In this document: in pieces, positions 1-9,851 of the stretch
Layout: each line of letters starts with the position of its first letter
Numbering within the stretch: position 1 is the stretch's first letter
Source: Brevibacterium luteolum
Lineage (GTDB): Bacteria > Actinomycetota > Actinomycetes > Actinomycetales > Brevibacteriaceae
DNA length: 64,000 bases
NCBI RefSeq assembly: GCF_013004595.1
Contig: NZ_JABEMC010000006.1
Coordinates: 1 to 64,000, forward strand
Direction of reading: 5' to 3'
Translations under genes and position numbers: made by a program
The notes under the pieces: generated by a model
Told to the model about the DNA's origin: nothing
Database searches by the model: none
Seen by the model: the letters and a program-made list of their open reading frames with translations, nothing else

Positions 1-204
1 ACCAGACCATGCGGCCAGTAGTCATATCCGGTATTAGACCCAGTTTCCCAGGCTTATCCCGAAGTCAGGGGCAGGTTACTCACGTGTTACTCACCCGTTC
101 GCCACTCATCCACACCCAGCAAGCTGGGCGCTTCAGCGTTCGACTTGCATGTGTTAAGCACGCCGCCAGCGTTCGTCCTGAGCCAGGATCAAACTCTCCA
201 TAAA
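1..204 (-). rRNA. rrs: 16S rRNA, 5' portion (continues off the left edge)
   Basis: Reverse complement of 178-197 is AGAGTTTGATCCTGGCTCAG (27F site), followed by GACGAACGCTGGCGGCGTGCTTAACACATGCAAGTCGAACG. The mature 5' end is approximate. Confidence 0.99.
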
Positions 205-341
205 AATATGAAAAACAATCCCAGCCGAAATCAAAGAAAAAGACAAGAGACAAACCAAAAATGGTCATCAAATGTCATTACATCCTTGCTTCAACCAGAA
301 ACAAAAACATTCTGGCATCACAAAAAAAAACAAACACGCTA

Positions 342-359
342 TTGAGTTCTCAAAGAACA
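342..359 (-). promoter_or_regulatory. rrn leader boxA antitermination element
   Basis: Minus strand TGTTCTTTGAGAACTCAA about 140 nt upstream of 16S. Confidence 0.8.
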
Positions 360-412
360 GACGCTCATCGACTCCGCCTGGCTTGCGCCGGCCTCATCGA
401 GGCAACTTCTCT

Positions 413-744
413 ATCTTACCTCCCACTCAGACTTTGCCAACTCGACACTCGGCCGGGTTTTGAAGTTCGTGTGGGTGGCCCCGCTTTCGCTGCGTTTCCG
501 CAGCCGCCCTGCGAGGCGGGCGGTTTTCTACTCTAGACGATCTGCGACCCGATGTGCAAGTCGCTGTCTGCGGTCTCGCTCACCTGCCTGTTGGTCCGTC
601 TTCCGGGTGATGTTTCCATCCCCTCCGACATGGAGCAGAGTTACCCGTCTTTCCAAGCGTTTTGCCTGGTCAGAGCACTTGGACTTGCGTCCGTCGCGCT
701 GGGCAACGAGTACTAACTTAGACCCCTGCGAAGCGCCGATGCAA
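413..744 (-). promoter_or_regulatory. three tandem sigma-A-type rrn promoters
   Basis: Minus strand TTGGCA-16-TAAGAT (440-413), TTGCAC-18-TAGAGT (559-530), TTGCAT-18-TAAGTT (744-715). Confidence 0.65.
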
Positions 745-842
745 CTCCGAACGCTGTGCCCTTCGTCACAGGAGTGGCCGCAGGCTGCGGATACACCGCC
801 ACGATCGGCTTGCTGACGCCATTTGCGCCTGCCGGGCGGGTG

Positions 843-1571
843 TCATTCGACAGGTTGCGCGACCTCAGGATCTTGGTTTCTCACGTTTCCGACCGCTGCT
901 CCGACTTTGACGCGTCCAACCGATGCTGGGTCGAAGCCTGCGATGAGGCCGTCGAGAACCGTGCGCGCGCCTTCGCGCTCATGCGATGGATCCAGCCAGT
1001 CACCGAGGGCCTCGGGCTCGGCCATCACCGGCATGCGGTCATGCACATCGGCCAGGTGCCCTGTCGAGGGGCAGGTGATGATCGTGGTCGAGACGAGCCA
1101 TCCGTTCTTGATCGCCGGGTCTGTCACGACCTGTCCGTCGAGGTCAGGGCGGCGCCGGAACTCGAAGAGCCCGGCCATATAGAGGGGCCGCTCGGTCTGA
1201 GCCTGCATGAGCCACGGCTGCTTGCCGGTCTCGGTCTTCTCCCATTCGTAGTAGCCGGTGACTGGGATGATGCAGCGCTGGGAGGCGAAAGCATGACGGA
1301 ACATCGGCTTCTCGTGCACGGTCTCACCGCGGGCGTTGAAGGCCTTGAAGCCGATCTTCTCCTCTTTCGCCCAGCCGGGCACGAGTCCCCAGCGGGCGGT
1401 CTCCAGCCGGCGGATGACCTCTCCTGTGTCCTCGACCCGTTCGGCGACGATCGGCAGGGCGGCGCCAGGAGGGACGTTGTACCGAGGCGCGAACGTGTAG
1501 TCGACGACATCGATGCCGAGCTCACCGACGATGTCGTGTGGATCGGTCGCCATGTTCAGTCGTCCGCACAT
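843..1571 (-). CDS. SOS response-associated peptidase (SRAP/YedK/HMCES), abasic-site protecting protein
   Basis: Starts MCGR (catalytic Cys2). Contains RYNVPP, WGLVPGW, FNARGET, YYEW and HDRMPV motifs. Confidence 0.93.
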   Translation of the reverse strand: MCGRLNMATDPHDIVGELGIDVVDYTFAPRYNVPPGAALPIVAERVEDTGEVIRRLETARWGLVPGWAKEEKIGFKAFNARGETVHEKPMFRHAFASQRCIIPVTGYYEWEKTETGKQPWLMQAQTERPLYMAGLFEFRRRPDLDGQVVTDPAIKNGWLVSTTIITCPSTGHLADVHDRMPVMAEPEALGDWLDPSHEREGARTVLDGLIAGFDPASVGRVKVGAAVGNVRNQDPEVAQPVE

Positions 1572-1643
1572 ATGTTGATCGTGCCACGTCAGTATGCTGG
1601 TGCCAAGTGTTCGCAGGTGAGCAGATCCAGCAGGAGGAACGAC

Positions 1644-2147
1644 GTGGAACGGGAGTTCGACCCGATCGACGAATCGCGCAGGCAGTGGCTTGCCCATGGC
1701 TGGACCGACGCTGCCGACGGCATGACGCTCGTCATCTCCATCATGCGCGCCCACCAGCTGCTGCTCGCCCGGGTCGATCAGACGCTGCGGCCGCTGGGGC
1801 TGACCTTCTCCCGCTATGAAGTGCTTGCTCTGCTGTCCTTCACCCGTCGCGGCAGCCTGCCGATGAACAAGATCACCAAGCGCCTTCAGGTGCACGCGAC
1901 CTCGACGACGAACTCGGTCGACAGACTGGAGGCCGCCGGCCTGGTCGCCCGCCGCCCGCATCCGGCCGACGGGCGCACGACGCTCGTCGAGATCACTGAG
2001 GCCGGCCGTCAGCTCGTGACCGAGGCGACTGCCGACCTCAACCGGGACGTGTTCGAACAGCCCGGTCTCGCACCAGCCGATGTCAGCCGGCTGCTCGGTG
2101 AGCTCAGCGCTCTGCGCGCTGGTCTCGACGGCTCCGCCCGGGACTGA
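1644..2147 (+). CDS. MarR family transcriptional regulator
   Basis: AGGAGG RBS then GTG. LTFSRYEVL...VDRLEAAGLVARRPHPADGRTTLVEITEAG is the MarR wing motif. Confidence 0.92.
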   Translation: MEREFDPIDESRRQWLAHGWTDAADGMTLVISIMRAHQLLLARVDQTLRPLGLTFSRYEVLALLSFTRRGSLPMNKITKRLQVHATSTTNSVDRLEAAGLVARRPHPADGRTTLVEITEAGRQLVTEATADLNRDVFEQPGLAPADVSRLLGELSALRAGLDGSARD

Positions 2148-2165
2148 TGCCCCTCATCGGGCGCA

Positions 2166-2699
2166 TCAATGCGCGCAGGCGTAGGCCTGGATGATGGAGA
2201 TGACCTGACCGCGCACGCCGGTCGTCAGCAGCCCGGAGCCCAGCGGCCCGCCGTCGTCGGTGCCCAGCCGCGGCAGCTGACGCAGCGCAGTGCGGGCATG
2301 GGGTGTCAAGACGCCGAGCTGCCAGCGCACCTCGTCATCGACTGCCTCGGGATCGGCCGGCAGTGCAAGCCCGGCGGCCTGTGCCGCATAAGCGGCAGCA
2401 CCGAGGGCGTGGGCTCCCATATGCGCCACCGCAGCTGCCTGCGCTGCAGCCCGGGCTGCAGCCGCCCCCGCCGGTGAACTCGCGGAGCTGGCCGCGCGCA
2501 CGGCGTCGACGCGGCACTGGATCTGACCGGCGGCCCCGAGCTCGCCGCGACTGAAGGCGTAGGCGCGCTCGATCGCATCGCGAATCCGCTCATCGGATGT
2601 CTCGGCCTCGAACAAGGGCAGCACACGCGCGGCGCAGTCGGCAGCCCAGGCGGCGGCTGCCCGCCGGTGGGCGAGGCTGAGAGTCTGCGAGGAGACCAT
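2166..2699 (-). CDS. Imm5-like putative immunity protein
   Basis: WAADCAARVLPLFE...DERIRDAIE...AAARAAAQAAAVAHMGAHALGAAAYA..EVRWQ pattern. Confidence 0.7.
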   Translation of the reverse strand: MVSSQTLSLAHRRAAAAWAADCAARVLPLFEAETSDERIRDAIERAYAFSRGELGAAGQIQCRVDAVRAASSASSPAGAAAARAAAQAAAVAHMGAHALGAAAYAAQAAGLALPADPEAVDDEVRWQLGVLTPHARTALRQLPRLGTDDGGPLGSGLLTTGVRGQVISIIQAYACAH

Positions 2700-2868
2700 G
2701 GGGATGACCTTCCGGGGATGTCTCTGGGGATCGAGTGGGCCGGCAGACTGCGGCAGGGTGACCGCGGTCGCACCGACAGCCTACCGCCACCACCTGCCAG
2801 ACCCCAGTCCGCAGCACCTGGGTGACCACCGCCTCGGGGCGGATGGCACAATGGTGCCAAAGCAGAAT

Positions 2869-2886
2869 TAGTTGGACGTCCAAGTA
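2869..2886. promoter_or_regulatory. palindromic operator upstream of the acyl-CoA dehydrogenase operon
   Basis: TAGTTGGACGTCCAAGTA with a perfect 12-bp core TTGGACGTCCAA. Confidence 0.55.
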
Positions 2887-2979
2887 ATCTTCACTACCCT
2901 GGACACAGACCGGTCGTGCATTCCGCGGCTGCCGCACACCCGCTGGTGCACGGCACGACCCACAGCAGAAGGAGCCACG

Positions 2980-4146
2980 ATGGCACGCTCAACCGCGTCC
3001 GCTCTGACTTTCGGGCTGACCGACGACCAGATCGAACTGTCCAATATGTGCCGCGATTTCGCCGATGCCGAGATCGCTCCGCACGCTCTTGACTGGGATG
3101 CCAACAAGCACTTCCCCGTCGACGTCATCCAGAAGTCTGCCGAGCTCGGCATGGGCGGCATCTACGTCTCCGAGGAATCCGGCGGCGTGGGCCTCGGCCG
3201 GCTCGATGCCGCGCTCATCTTCGAGGCCCTGTCGACCGGCTGCCCGTCGTTGGCCTCCTACATCTCCATCCACAACATGGTCGCGTGGATGGTCGACAAG
3301 TACGGCAATGAGGAGCAGAAGGAGAAGTACCTCCAGCCGCTCGTGGCCTTCGAGAAGCTCGGCTCCTACTGCCTGACCGAACCCAACGCCGGCTCCGACG
3401 CCGCAGCCCTGCGCACCACCGCCCGCCTCGACGGCGACCACTACGTGCTCAACGGCGTCAAGCAGTTCATCTCCGGTGCCGGCACCTCGGAGATCTACCT
3501 CGTCATGGCCCGCACCGGCCAGGAGGGATCGCGGGGCATCTCGACGTTCATCGTCGAGAAGGGCACCGAGGGCTTCGACTTCGGGCCCAATGAGATCAAG
3601 ATGGGCTGGAACGCCCAGCCGACCCGCCAGGTGTTCATGGAGAACGTGCAGGTCCCCGTCGAGAACCGCCTCGGCGAAGAAGGCGAGGGCTTCAAGATCG
3701 CGATGTCCGGCCTCGACGGCGGCCGCCTCAACATCGGCGCCTGCTCGCTCGGCGGCGGGCAGTCGGCACTTGAGAAGGCCATCACCTACATGGGTGAGCG
3801 GCAGGCCTTCGGCACCGAGCTCAACGGCTTCCAGGCACTGCGCTTCCGCCTGGCCGATATGCAGACCAAGCTCGAAGGCGCCCGCTCGCTGCTGCGCCGC
3901 GCAGCGGCCGCCTACGATGCCGGGGACCCCAACACCTCGCTGCTGGCGGCGATGGCGAAGCTGGCGGCCACCGACGCCGGCTTCGAGGTCGCCAACGACG
4001 CCCTGCAGCTGTTTGGCGGATACGGTTATCTCAACGAGTATGGGATCGAGAAGTTGGTGCGCGATCTGCGCGTCCATCAGATCCTCGAAGGCACGAACGA
4101 GATCATGCGGGTCATCATCTCCCGCAAGAGCACAGGAGTGGGATAA
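2980..4146 (+). CDS. acyl-CoA dehydrogenase, isobutyryl-CoA dehydrogenase-like
   Basis: YCLTEPNAGSDAA, NGVKQFISG, GGYGYLNEY, HQILEGTNEIMR. AAGGAG RBS. Confidence 0.92.
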   Translation: MARSTASALTFGLTDDQIELSNMCRDFADAEIAPHALDWDANKHFPVDVIQKSAELGMGGIYVSEESGGVGLGRLDAALIFEALSTGCPSLASYISIHNMVAWMVDKYGNEEQKEKYLQPLVAFEKLGSYCLTEPNAGSDAAALRTTARLDGDHYVLNGVKQFISGAGTSEIYLVMARTGQEGSRGISTFIVEKGTEGFDFGPNEIKMGWNAQPTRQVFMENVQVPVENRLGEEGEGFKIAMSGLDGGRLNIGACSLGGGQSALEKAITYMGERQAFGTELNGFQALRFRLADMQTKLEGARSLLRRAAAAYDAGDPNTSLLAAMAKLAATDAGFEVANDALQLFGGYGYLNEYGIEKLVRDLRVHQILEGTNEIMRVIISRKSTGVG

Positions 4147-5193
4147 ATGACGTCATCTGACGACGCGCTCGTCATCACACGCGTGGTGAACGGCCTCGGC
4201 CGCATCGAGCTGAACAAGGCCAAGGCGATCAACGCCCTCGGCCGCGACATGGTCGCCTCCATCGACAACGCGCTCAACGAATGGCGCGACGATGACGCGG
4301 TGGCCGCTGTGCTCATCACCGGCCGCGGCGACCGCGGCCTGTGCGCCGGCGGCGACATCAAGGCGATCTACCAGGATCTGGTCGCCGGCACCTCCGAATC
4401 CCAGGACTTCTGGGCTGAGGAGTACCGGATGAACTTCGACATCGCCAACTACCCCAAGCCCTACATCGCGATCATGCACGGCATCACGATGGGCGGCGGC
4501 GTCGGCGTGTCCGTCCACGGCTCGCACCGCGTGGTGACCGAGACGACGAAGCTCGGCATGCCCGAGACCGGCATCGGCCTGTTCCCCGACATCGGCGGCA
4601 CCCACCTGCTCGCCCAGACCCCGGGTGAGATCGGCATGTACATGGGCCTGACCGGCCTGCCGATCGGACCGGGTGCGGCACTGGCCTATGGGCTGGCCGA
4701 CACCTTCGTCCCCCAGGACAAGGTCGACGAGCTCGTCGCAGCCCTCGAGGCCGACGGCACGAAGGCCGTCGAGACCCTGGCGACCTTCGCGGCAGACGCG
4801 CCGGCCAATGAGCTGGCCGAAGCCGAGGCGTGGATCAACACCTGCTTCGCCCACGACTCCGTCGAGGCGATCATCGCAGCCCTGCTCGCCCACGGCGATG
4901 AGGATGCCGCGAAGACCGCCGAGGTCATCAAGTCGAAGTCGCCGCAGTCGCTGGCGGTGACCTTCGAGATGATCCGCACCGCCAAGACGATGACCCTGCA
5001 GGAGGTCCTCGAACGCGATCTGCGCGCCGGCACCGAGATCGCCGCCCGCCCGGATCTGCGCGAGGGCATCCGCGCCCAGGTCATCGACAAGGACCGCAAC
5101 CCGCGGTGGAACCCGGCCACCCTCGGCGAGGTCGAGCAGGCCGAGGTCGACGCGATCCTCAACACCGAACAGGACAGGAAGGTTTTCTCATGA
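4147..5193 (+). CDS. 3-hydroxyisobutyryl-CoA hydrolase-like crotonase
   Basis: [42 protein letters not shown]. Confidence 0.9.
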   Translation: MTSSDDALVITRVVNGLGRIELNKAKAINALGRDMVASIDNALNEWRDDDAVAAVLITGRGDRGLCAGGDIKAIYQDLVAGTSESQDFWAEEYRMNFDIANYPKPYIAIMHGITMGGGVGVSVHGSHRVVTETTKLGMPETGIGLFPDIGGTHLLAQTPGEIGMYMGLTGLPIGPGAALAYGLADTFVPQDKVDELVAALEADGTKAVETLATFAADAPANELAEAEAWINTCFAHDSVEAIIAALLAHGDEDAAKTAEVIKSKSPQSLAVTFEMIRTAKTMTLQEVLERDLRAGTEIAARPDLREGIRAQVIDKDRNPRWNPATLGEVEQAEVDAILNTEQDRKVFS

Positions 5194-5966
5194 CCGACTT
5201 CGAGACGATCCTCACCGAATCCGCCGACGGCATCGCCGTCATCACGATCAACCGCCCGAAGGCGCTCAACGCGCTCAACCAGCAGGTGCTCGAGGACATC
5301 GCCACCGCCGCCGAGCAGTTCGATGCCGATGATTCCGTCAAGGCGATCATCATCACCGGCACCGACCGCGCCTTCGCCGCCGGTGCCGACATCAAGCAGA
5401 TGGCCGAGCTCGACTTCGCCACCGCCTTCAAGACCGACTTCTTCGCCGGCTGGAGCCGCCTGACCTCGGTGCGCAAGCCGACGATCGCTGCCGTCAACGG
5501 CTTCGCGCTCGGCGGCGGCTGCGAGGTCGCGATGATGTGCGACATCCTCATCGCCTCGGAGAAGGCGAAGTTCGGTCAGCCGGAGATCAACCTCGGCGTG
5601 CTGCCGGGCATGGGCGGCTCCCAGCGCCTGACCCGGGCGATCGGCAAGGCCAAGGCGATGGACCTGTGCCTGACCGGCCGGATGATGGACGCCGAGGAAG
5701 CCGAGCGCTCCGGGCTTGTGGCCCGCGTCGTCCCGCACGACGAGCTCATGGACGAGGCCCGCAAGATCGCCGCGACGATCGCTAGCAAGTCGCGCATCGC
5801 CTCGGCGATGGTCAAGGAGGCCGTCAACGCTTCCTTCGAGACGACGCTGCAGCAGGGTCTGCTCTTCGAGCGCCGTCTGTTCCACTCCTCGCTGGCGACC
5901 AACGACCAGTCTGAGGGCATGGCCGCCTTTGTCGAGAAGCGCGACCCGAACTTCACCGACACCTGA
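5190..5966 (+). CDS. enoyl-CoA hydratase
   Basis: [26 protein letters not shown] overlap with the upstream gene. Confidence 0.93.
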   Translation: MTDFETILTESADGIAVITINRPKALNALNQQVLEDIATAAEQFDADDSVKAIIITGTDRAFAAGADIKQMAELDFATAFKTDFFAGWSRLTSVRKPTIAAVNGFALGGGCEVAMMCDILIASEKAKFGQPEINLGVLPGMGGSQRLTRAIGKAKAMDLCLTGRMMDAEEAERSGLVARVVPHDELMDEARKIAATIASKSRIASAMVKEAVNASFETTLQQGLLFERRLFHSSLATNDQSEGMAAFVEKRDPNFTDT

Positions 5967-6113
5967 TCGGTCCCGCCGGCTTCAGCCGGCAACCGCGCCC
6001 GAGGCGGCGGTCACCTGAACGGGTGGCCGCCGCCTTGCGCGTGGTGTGGGTTACAGTAGTGGGCGACAGTGCTTAACAATCGTTCGGTCACCCCGATATT
6101 TCCGAGGAGAAAC

Positions 6114-7094
6114 ATGGCTCTTCCCGAGGTCCTCACCCGTCCCCTGCGGCTGCCGGTCATCGCATCGCCGATGTTCATCGCCTCCGGCCCCCAGCTCGTC
6201 ACCGCGCAGTGCCAGGCCGGTGTCATCGGCGCGTTCCCCACGCTCAACGCGCGCCCGGCCGAGCTGCTCGACGAGTGGCTGCACGAGATCGAAGAATCCA
6301 ATGCGGCCTTCGCCAAAGCGAACCCGGACAAGCCGGTCGGCGCGGTGGCCGCGAACCTCATCGTGCACCGGTCGAACAACCGCATCGAGGCCGACCTGGA
6401 GACGATCGTCAAGCACCAGGTGCCGATCGTCATCACCTCGCTGGGCGCGCGCACCGAGGTCAATGACGCCGTGCACTCCTACGGCGGCATCGTGCTCCAT
6501 GACGTCATCCACAACGGCTTCGCGCACAAAGCGATCGAGAAGGGCGCCGACGGGCTCATCCTCGTCGCCGCCGGCGCCGGCGGACATGCCGGAATGCTCT
6601 CGCCGTTCGCCTTCCTCAACGAGGTCCGCGCCTGGTTCGACGGCCCGATCGCACTCTCCGGAGCTCTCGCCCACGGCCGGTCGGTCCTCGCCGCCCAGGC
6701 GGCCGGTGCCGACTTCGCCTATGTCGGCTCGGCGTTCCTCTCGACCCCGGAGGCGCAGGTGACCGACGGCTACCGGCAGATGATCGTCGACTCCACGGCC
6801 AGCGACATCGTCTACACCAACCTCTTCACCGGTGTGCACGGCAACTACCTGCGCGGCAGCATCGAAGCCGCCGGCCTCGACCCGGACAACCTGCCCGAAT
6901 CCGACCCCTCGAAGATGAACTTCGGCTCCGGCGGCTCGGAGAAGTCGAAGGCCTGGCGCGACATCTGGGGCTCCGGCCAGGGCATCGGCACGATCGATGA
7001 GTCCTTGCCCGCCGGTGAGCTCGTCGCCCGCTTGGCCGATGAGTACGAGGCTGCCAAGGCCGACATTCTCGCCACCCTCGGGGCCGGATCATGA
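6114..7094 (+). CDS. nitronate monooxygenase family flavoprotein
   Basis: LPVIASPMF, GADGLILVAAGAGGHAG, GADFAYVGSAF, KAWRDIWGSGQG. Confidence 0.9.
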   Translation: MALPEVLTRPLRLPVIASPMFIASGPQLVTAQCQAGVIGAFPTLNARPAELLDEWLHEIEESNAAFAKANPDKPVGAVAANLIVHRSNNRIEADLETIVKHQVPIVITSLGARTEVNDAVHSYGGIVLHDVIHNGFAHKAIEKGADGLILVAAGAGGHAGMLSPFAFLNEVRAWFDGPIALSGALAHGRSVLAAQAAGADFAYVGSAFLSTPEAQVTDGYRQMIVDSTASDIVYTNLFTGVHGNYLRGSIEAAGLDPDNLPESDPSKMNFGSGGSEKSKAWRDIWGSGQGIGTIDESLPAGELVARLADEYEAAKADILATLGAGS

Positions 7095-7861
7095 CCGAGC
7101 AGCCCGCGGTGCTCACCGAGGTCCGCGGCGGCGTCCTCGTCATCACCCTCAACCGGCCCGAGGCGAAGAACGCAGCGACCGCCGAGATGGTCCGGCTCAT
7201 GGCCGGGATCATCGACGATTTCGATGCGGACGACAGCCTCAGCGTCGCCGTGCTCACCGGTGCCGGCGGAACGTTCTGCTCCGGGATGGATCTCAAGGGA
7301 TTCGTGCGCGGTGAGCTGCCCGGCCTGCCCGGCCGCGGGTTCCTGGCGCTGACCGAGGCACCACCTGCCAAGCCCCTCATCGCCGCGGTCGAAGGCTACG
7401 CGCTGGCCGGTGGGTTCGAGACGATGCTCGCCTGCGATCTCGTCGTCGCCTCGGAGTCGGCGAAGTTCGGCATCCCAGAGGTCAAGCGCGGCCTGGTCGC
7501 TGCAGCCGGTGGTCTCGTGACTCTGCCGGAGCGCACCCACCGGGCGGTGGCGATGGAGATGGCGCTCACCGGTGACATCTACCCGGCGGCCTTCGGTGAG
7601 AAGCACGGCTTCGTCAACGCCTTGGTGCCTGAGGGCCAGGCACTCGACGGAGCGCTCGCGCTGGCTGAGCGGATCGCCGCGAACGGGCCGCTGGCTGTGC
7701 GCGCCTCGAAGCAGATCATCAGCGACAGCCCCGGCTGGCCGGCCGGTGAGAAGTTCACTCGCCAGGCTGCCATCAGCGACCCGGTCATGGAATCCGACGA
7801 TGCCCGCGAAGGCGCCACGGCATTCGCCGAGAAGCGCGCGCCGCGCTGGACCGGACGGTGA
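7091..7861 (+). CDS. crotonase/enoyl-CoA hydratase family protein
   Basis: FCSGMDLK, ALAGGFE, FGIPEVKRGL. Confidence 0.9.
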   Translation: MTEQPAVLTEVRGGVLVITLNRPEAKNAATAEMVRLMAGIIDDFDADDSLSVAVLTGAGGTFCSGMDLKGFVRGELPGLPGRGFLALTEAPPAKPLIAAVEGYALAGGFETMLACDLVVASESAKFGIPEVKRGLVAAAGGLVTLPERTHRAVAMEMALTGDIYPAAFGEKHGFVNALVPEGQALDGALALAERIAANGPLAVRASKQIISDSPGWPAGEKFTRQAAISDPVMESDDAREGATAFAEKRAPRWTGR

Positions 7862-7887
7862 GAACCACCCGCACCTGTTGAACGACG

Positions 7888-7922
7888 AAGCGCCCCGCAC
7901 TGTGTTCAGTGCGAGGCGCTTT
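7888..7922. terminator. intrinsic terminator, probably bidirectional
   Basis: AAGCGCCCCGCACTG-tgtt-CAGTGCGAGGCGCTTT hairpin between convergent genes. Confidence 0.7.
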
Positions 7923-7928
7923 GCTCAT

Positions 7929-8264
7929 TCACGAGTTCGAGACGAGCTCTGAGGTGTCTCTGACGGTGATGGCGTTCCAGCCCGGCGTCGCGCCGCCGGC
8001 CGCGTGCACGGCTGCCCGAACTGCGGAGTCGGCTGTCTGAGCCGCCGCTTCGAAAGTGTCACCTTCGGTCGTGACGGTGGCGGCAATGAGACTTTCGTTC
8101 GCGTCCATGGAGACGGTCGAATCGAGCAGACCCATTGTCGCGTCCTCCAACGACGCAAGCTCATCGGCGAGGGCATCGAAGACTGATTCCAGATCAGTAT
8201 CGCCACTGATGGAGACGCGGAACTCGATCTCGGAAACTACCATGACGCTCTGTTGCTGACTCAT
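7929..8264 (-). CDS. acidic small protein, HicB-like antitoxin candidate
   Basis: 111 aa, very acidic. TVTTEGDTFEAA resembles the HicB-type motif. GGAGGAGG RBS and ATGA overlap with the upstream ORF. Confidence 0.55.
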   Translation of the reverse strand: MSQQQSVMVVSEIEFRVSISGDTDLESVFDALADELASLEDATMGLLDSTVSMDANESLIAATVTTEGDTFEAAAQTADSAVRAAVHAAGGATPGWNAITVRDTSELVSNS

Positions 8265-8494
8265 GTGCCCTCCTCCCAGGGATAGCAAGGCTGTCTGTAC
8301 AACCACCCAAGTGTGTCCCTGACGTAGTTCGGATTACTCGGCGAGAGGTGGATGGTTCGAATGTGCTTGCCGCAGGGGCACTTCACCTTATAGTACTTCT
8401 TCCGCGGGTCAACGATCTTCCAGTTTGCTTCATGAAACTCTCCCAGCAGCGCTTCGAGCTCCTTCTGCGGATGCCTCTTCCAGTATCGCCCCAT
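8261..8494 (-). CDS. small basic protein, HicA-like toxin candidate
   Basis: 77 aa: HPQKELEALLGEFHEANWKIV...YYKVKCPCGKHIRTIHLSPSNPNY, an alpha-beta-beta-beta-alpha pattern. Confidence 0.6.
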   Translation of the reverse strand: MGRYWKRHPQKELEALLGEFHEANWKIVDPRKKYYKVKCPCGKHIRTIHLSPSNPNYVRDTLGWLYRQPCYPWEEGT

Positions 8495-8683
8495 ACTCCA
8501 AAACGGTACTTTCCCAAACCTGCACCGCAACGCATCGGACAAATCTGTGGATATCCCTCGTTCAACCCGTCCGCGAGAAGGAAGCTTCGACCGGTACCGC
8601 TTTGATCCGCTCTATCGCCTCCCGCCTTCTGCTGACAGCGGATCGGCATTGTGACTGGTCGCCCCGAGCCCTAGCGTGAGGGC

Positions 8684-9676
8684 ATGAGTCTCTCAGTGCT
8701 TCTCTTCGGCGGCAACGGCATGCTCGGCCGTCAGCTCGTCACCGCTTTCACCGACGCCGGTCATCACGTCACGTGTGCCTGCCGCGGCACGACTCCCGTG
8801 GACAAGGCCGCCGAGTTCATCACCGTCGACCGCGACTCCGCTGACGCGCTGAAGCCACTGGCCGGCCGCACCTGGGACGTCGCGATCGACCTGACGAGCC
8901 ACCCGGGATTCGTCCGCGACGCGCTCGGGACCGTCGACGCCGCGCACTGGATCTACATCTCCTCGGCCAGCGTCTACGCGCGCGGCGACATCTTCGAACC
9001 TGACGAGACCGCCCCGATCCACCCGGCCATGGCCAACGACAAGCTCGAATCCATGACCGACTACGGTGCCGCGAAGTCAGCCTGCGAGGCAGCTGTCGAA
9101 CGGCTTGCTGCCCAGCACCTCATCATCCGCCCCGGCCTGCTCGGCGGCGCCGGCGATGACACCGGCCGCTCGGGTTACTACCCGTGGCGGTTCGCACATC
9201 CCACCGGGCCCGAGGTGGTGGTTCTGATGGACATCGGATTCCCCCTCAGCCTGCTCGACGTCACCGACCTGGCCGACTGGATCGTCCACTGCGCTGAGCA
9301 TCGGACGACGGGGATCTTCAATGCCGCCGGCCCCACAGCCACCCTCGGAGAGCTGCTTGACGCCGCACAGCAGGCGGCCGGCACGGAGGTGGAGTTCGTG
9401 CCCGTGGACGCTGGTCTCCTCACCGATGCCGGCGCGGGCATGTGGATGGGGCCAGAGAGTCTGCCGCTGTGGGCCGAGATCCCGGACATGCCTTTCATCG
9501 GCACCGTCGGCGCTGATGCCGCACGCGCCCGTGGGTTGACACACCGACCGCTGGAACAGACCTTTGCCGACGCCCTGGCCTTCGAAGAGTCCCGCGGTGG
9601 TCCGATCTCTGCCGGCGCTGCGGGGGTGAGCGATGACACGGAGGAGACGCTTCGCCGGCTGGCGCGCGGGGACTGA
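8684..9676 (+). CDS. NAD-dependent epimerase/dehydratase family protein
   Basis: GGNGMLG Rossmann motif, YISSASVY, YGAAK. Confidence 0.9.
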   Translation: MSLSVLLFGGNGMLGRQLVTAFTDAGHHVTCACRGTTPVDKAAEFITVDRDSADALKPLAGRTWDVAIDLTSHPGFVRDALGTVDAAHWIYISSASVYARGDIFEPDETAPIHPAMANDKLESMTDYGAAKSACEAAVERLAAQHLIIRPGLLGGAGDDTGRSGYYPWRFAHPTGPEVVVLMDIGFPLSLLDVTDLADWIVHCAEHRTTGIFNAAGPTATLGELLDAAQQAAGTEVEFVPVDAGLLTDAGAGMWMGPESLPLWAEIPDMPFIGTVGADAARARGLTHRPLEQTFADALAFEESRGGPISAGAAGVSDDTEETLRRLARGD

Positions 9677-9701
9677 CCCGCCACCTCCTATGTGCTGCAC
9701 C

Positions 9702-9735
9702 TGCCCCGGCTGATTCCGTCTGCCGGGGCATTTCT
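9702..9735 (+). terminator. intrinsic terminator
   Basis: TGCCCCGGC...GCCGGGGCA hairpin followed by TTTCT. Confidence 0.55.
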
Positions 9736-9851
9736 ATGCGGTTTGGACACTGTCACCGCAAATTCACCTTCCCGTGGTCGCTCCGTTCACATAGTCTATT
9801 TATCGTGGACGGTACGTCCACAGCTGTGGTCGTACAACCCAAAGGAGCCCC

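Noticed and set aside
9..816. Short ORFs over the 16S gene and its leader
   Set aside because: They overlap rRNA and promoter sequence and show no protein motifs.
756..1643. 463-aa ORF suggesting a long MarR fusion
   Set aside because: The N-terminal part is the antisense shadow of SRAP. The real start is GTG 1644 with an AGGAGG RBS.
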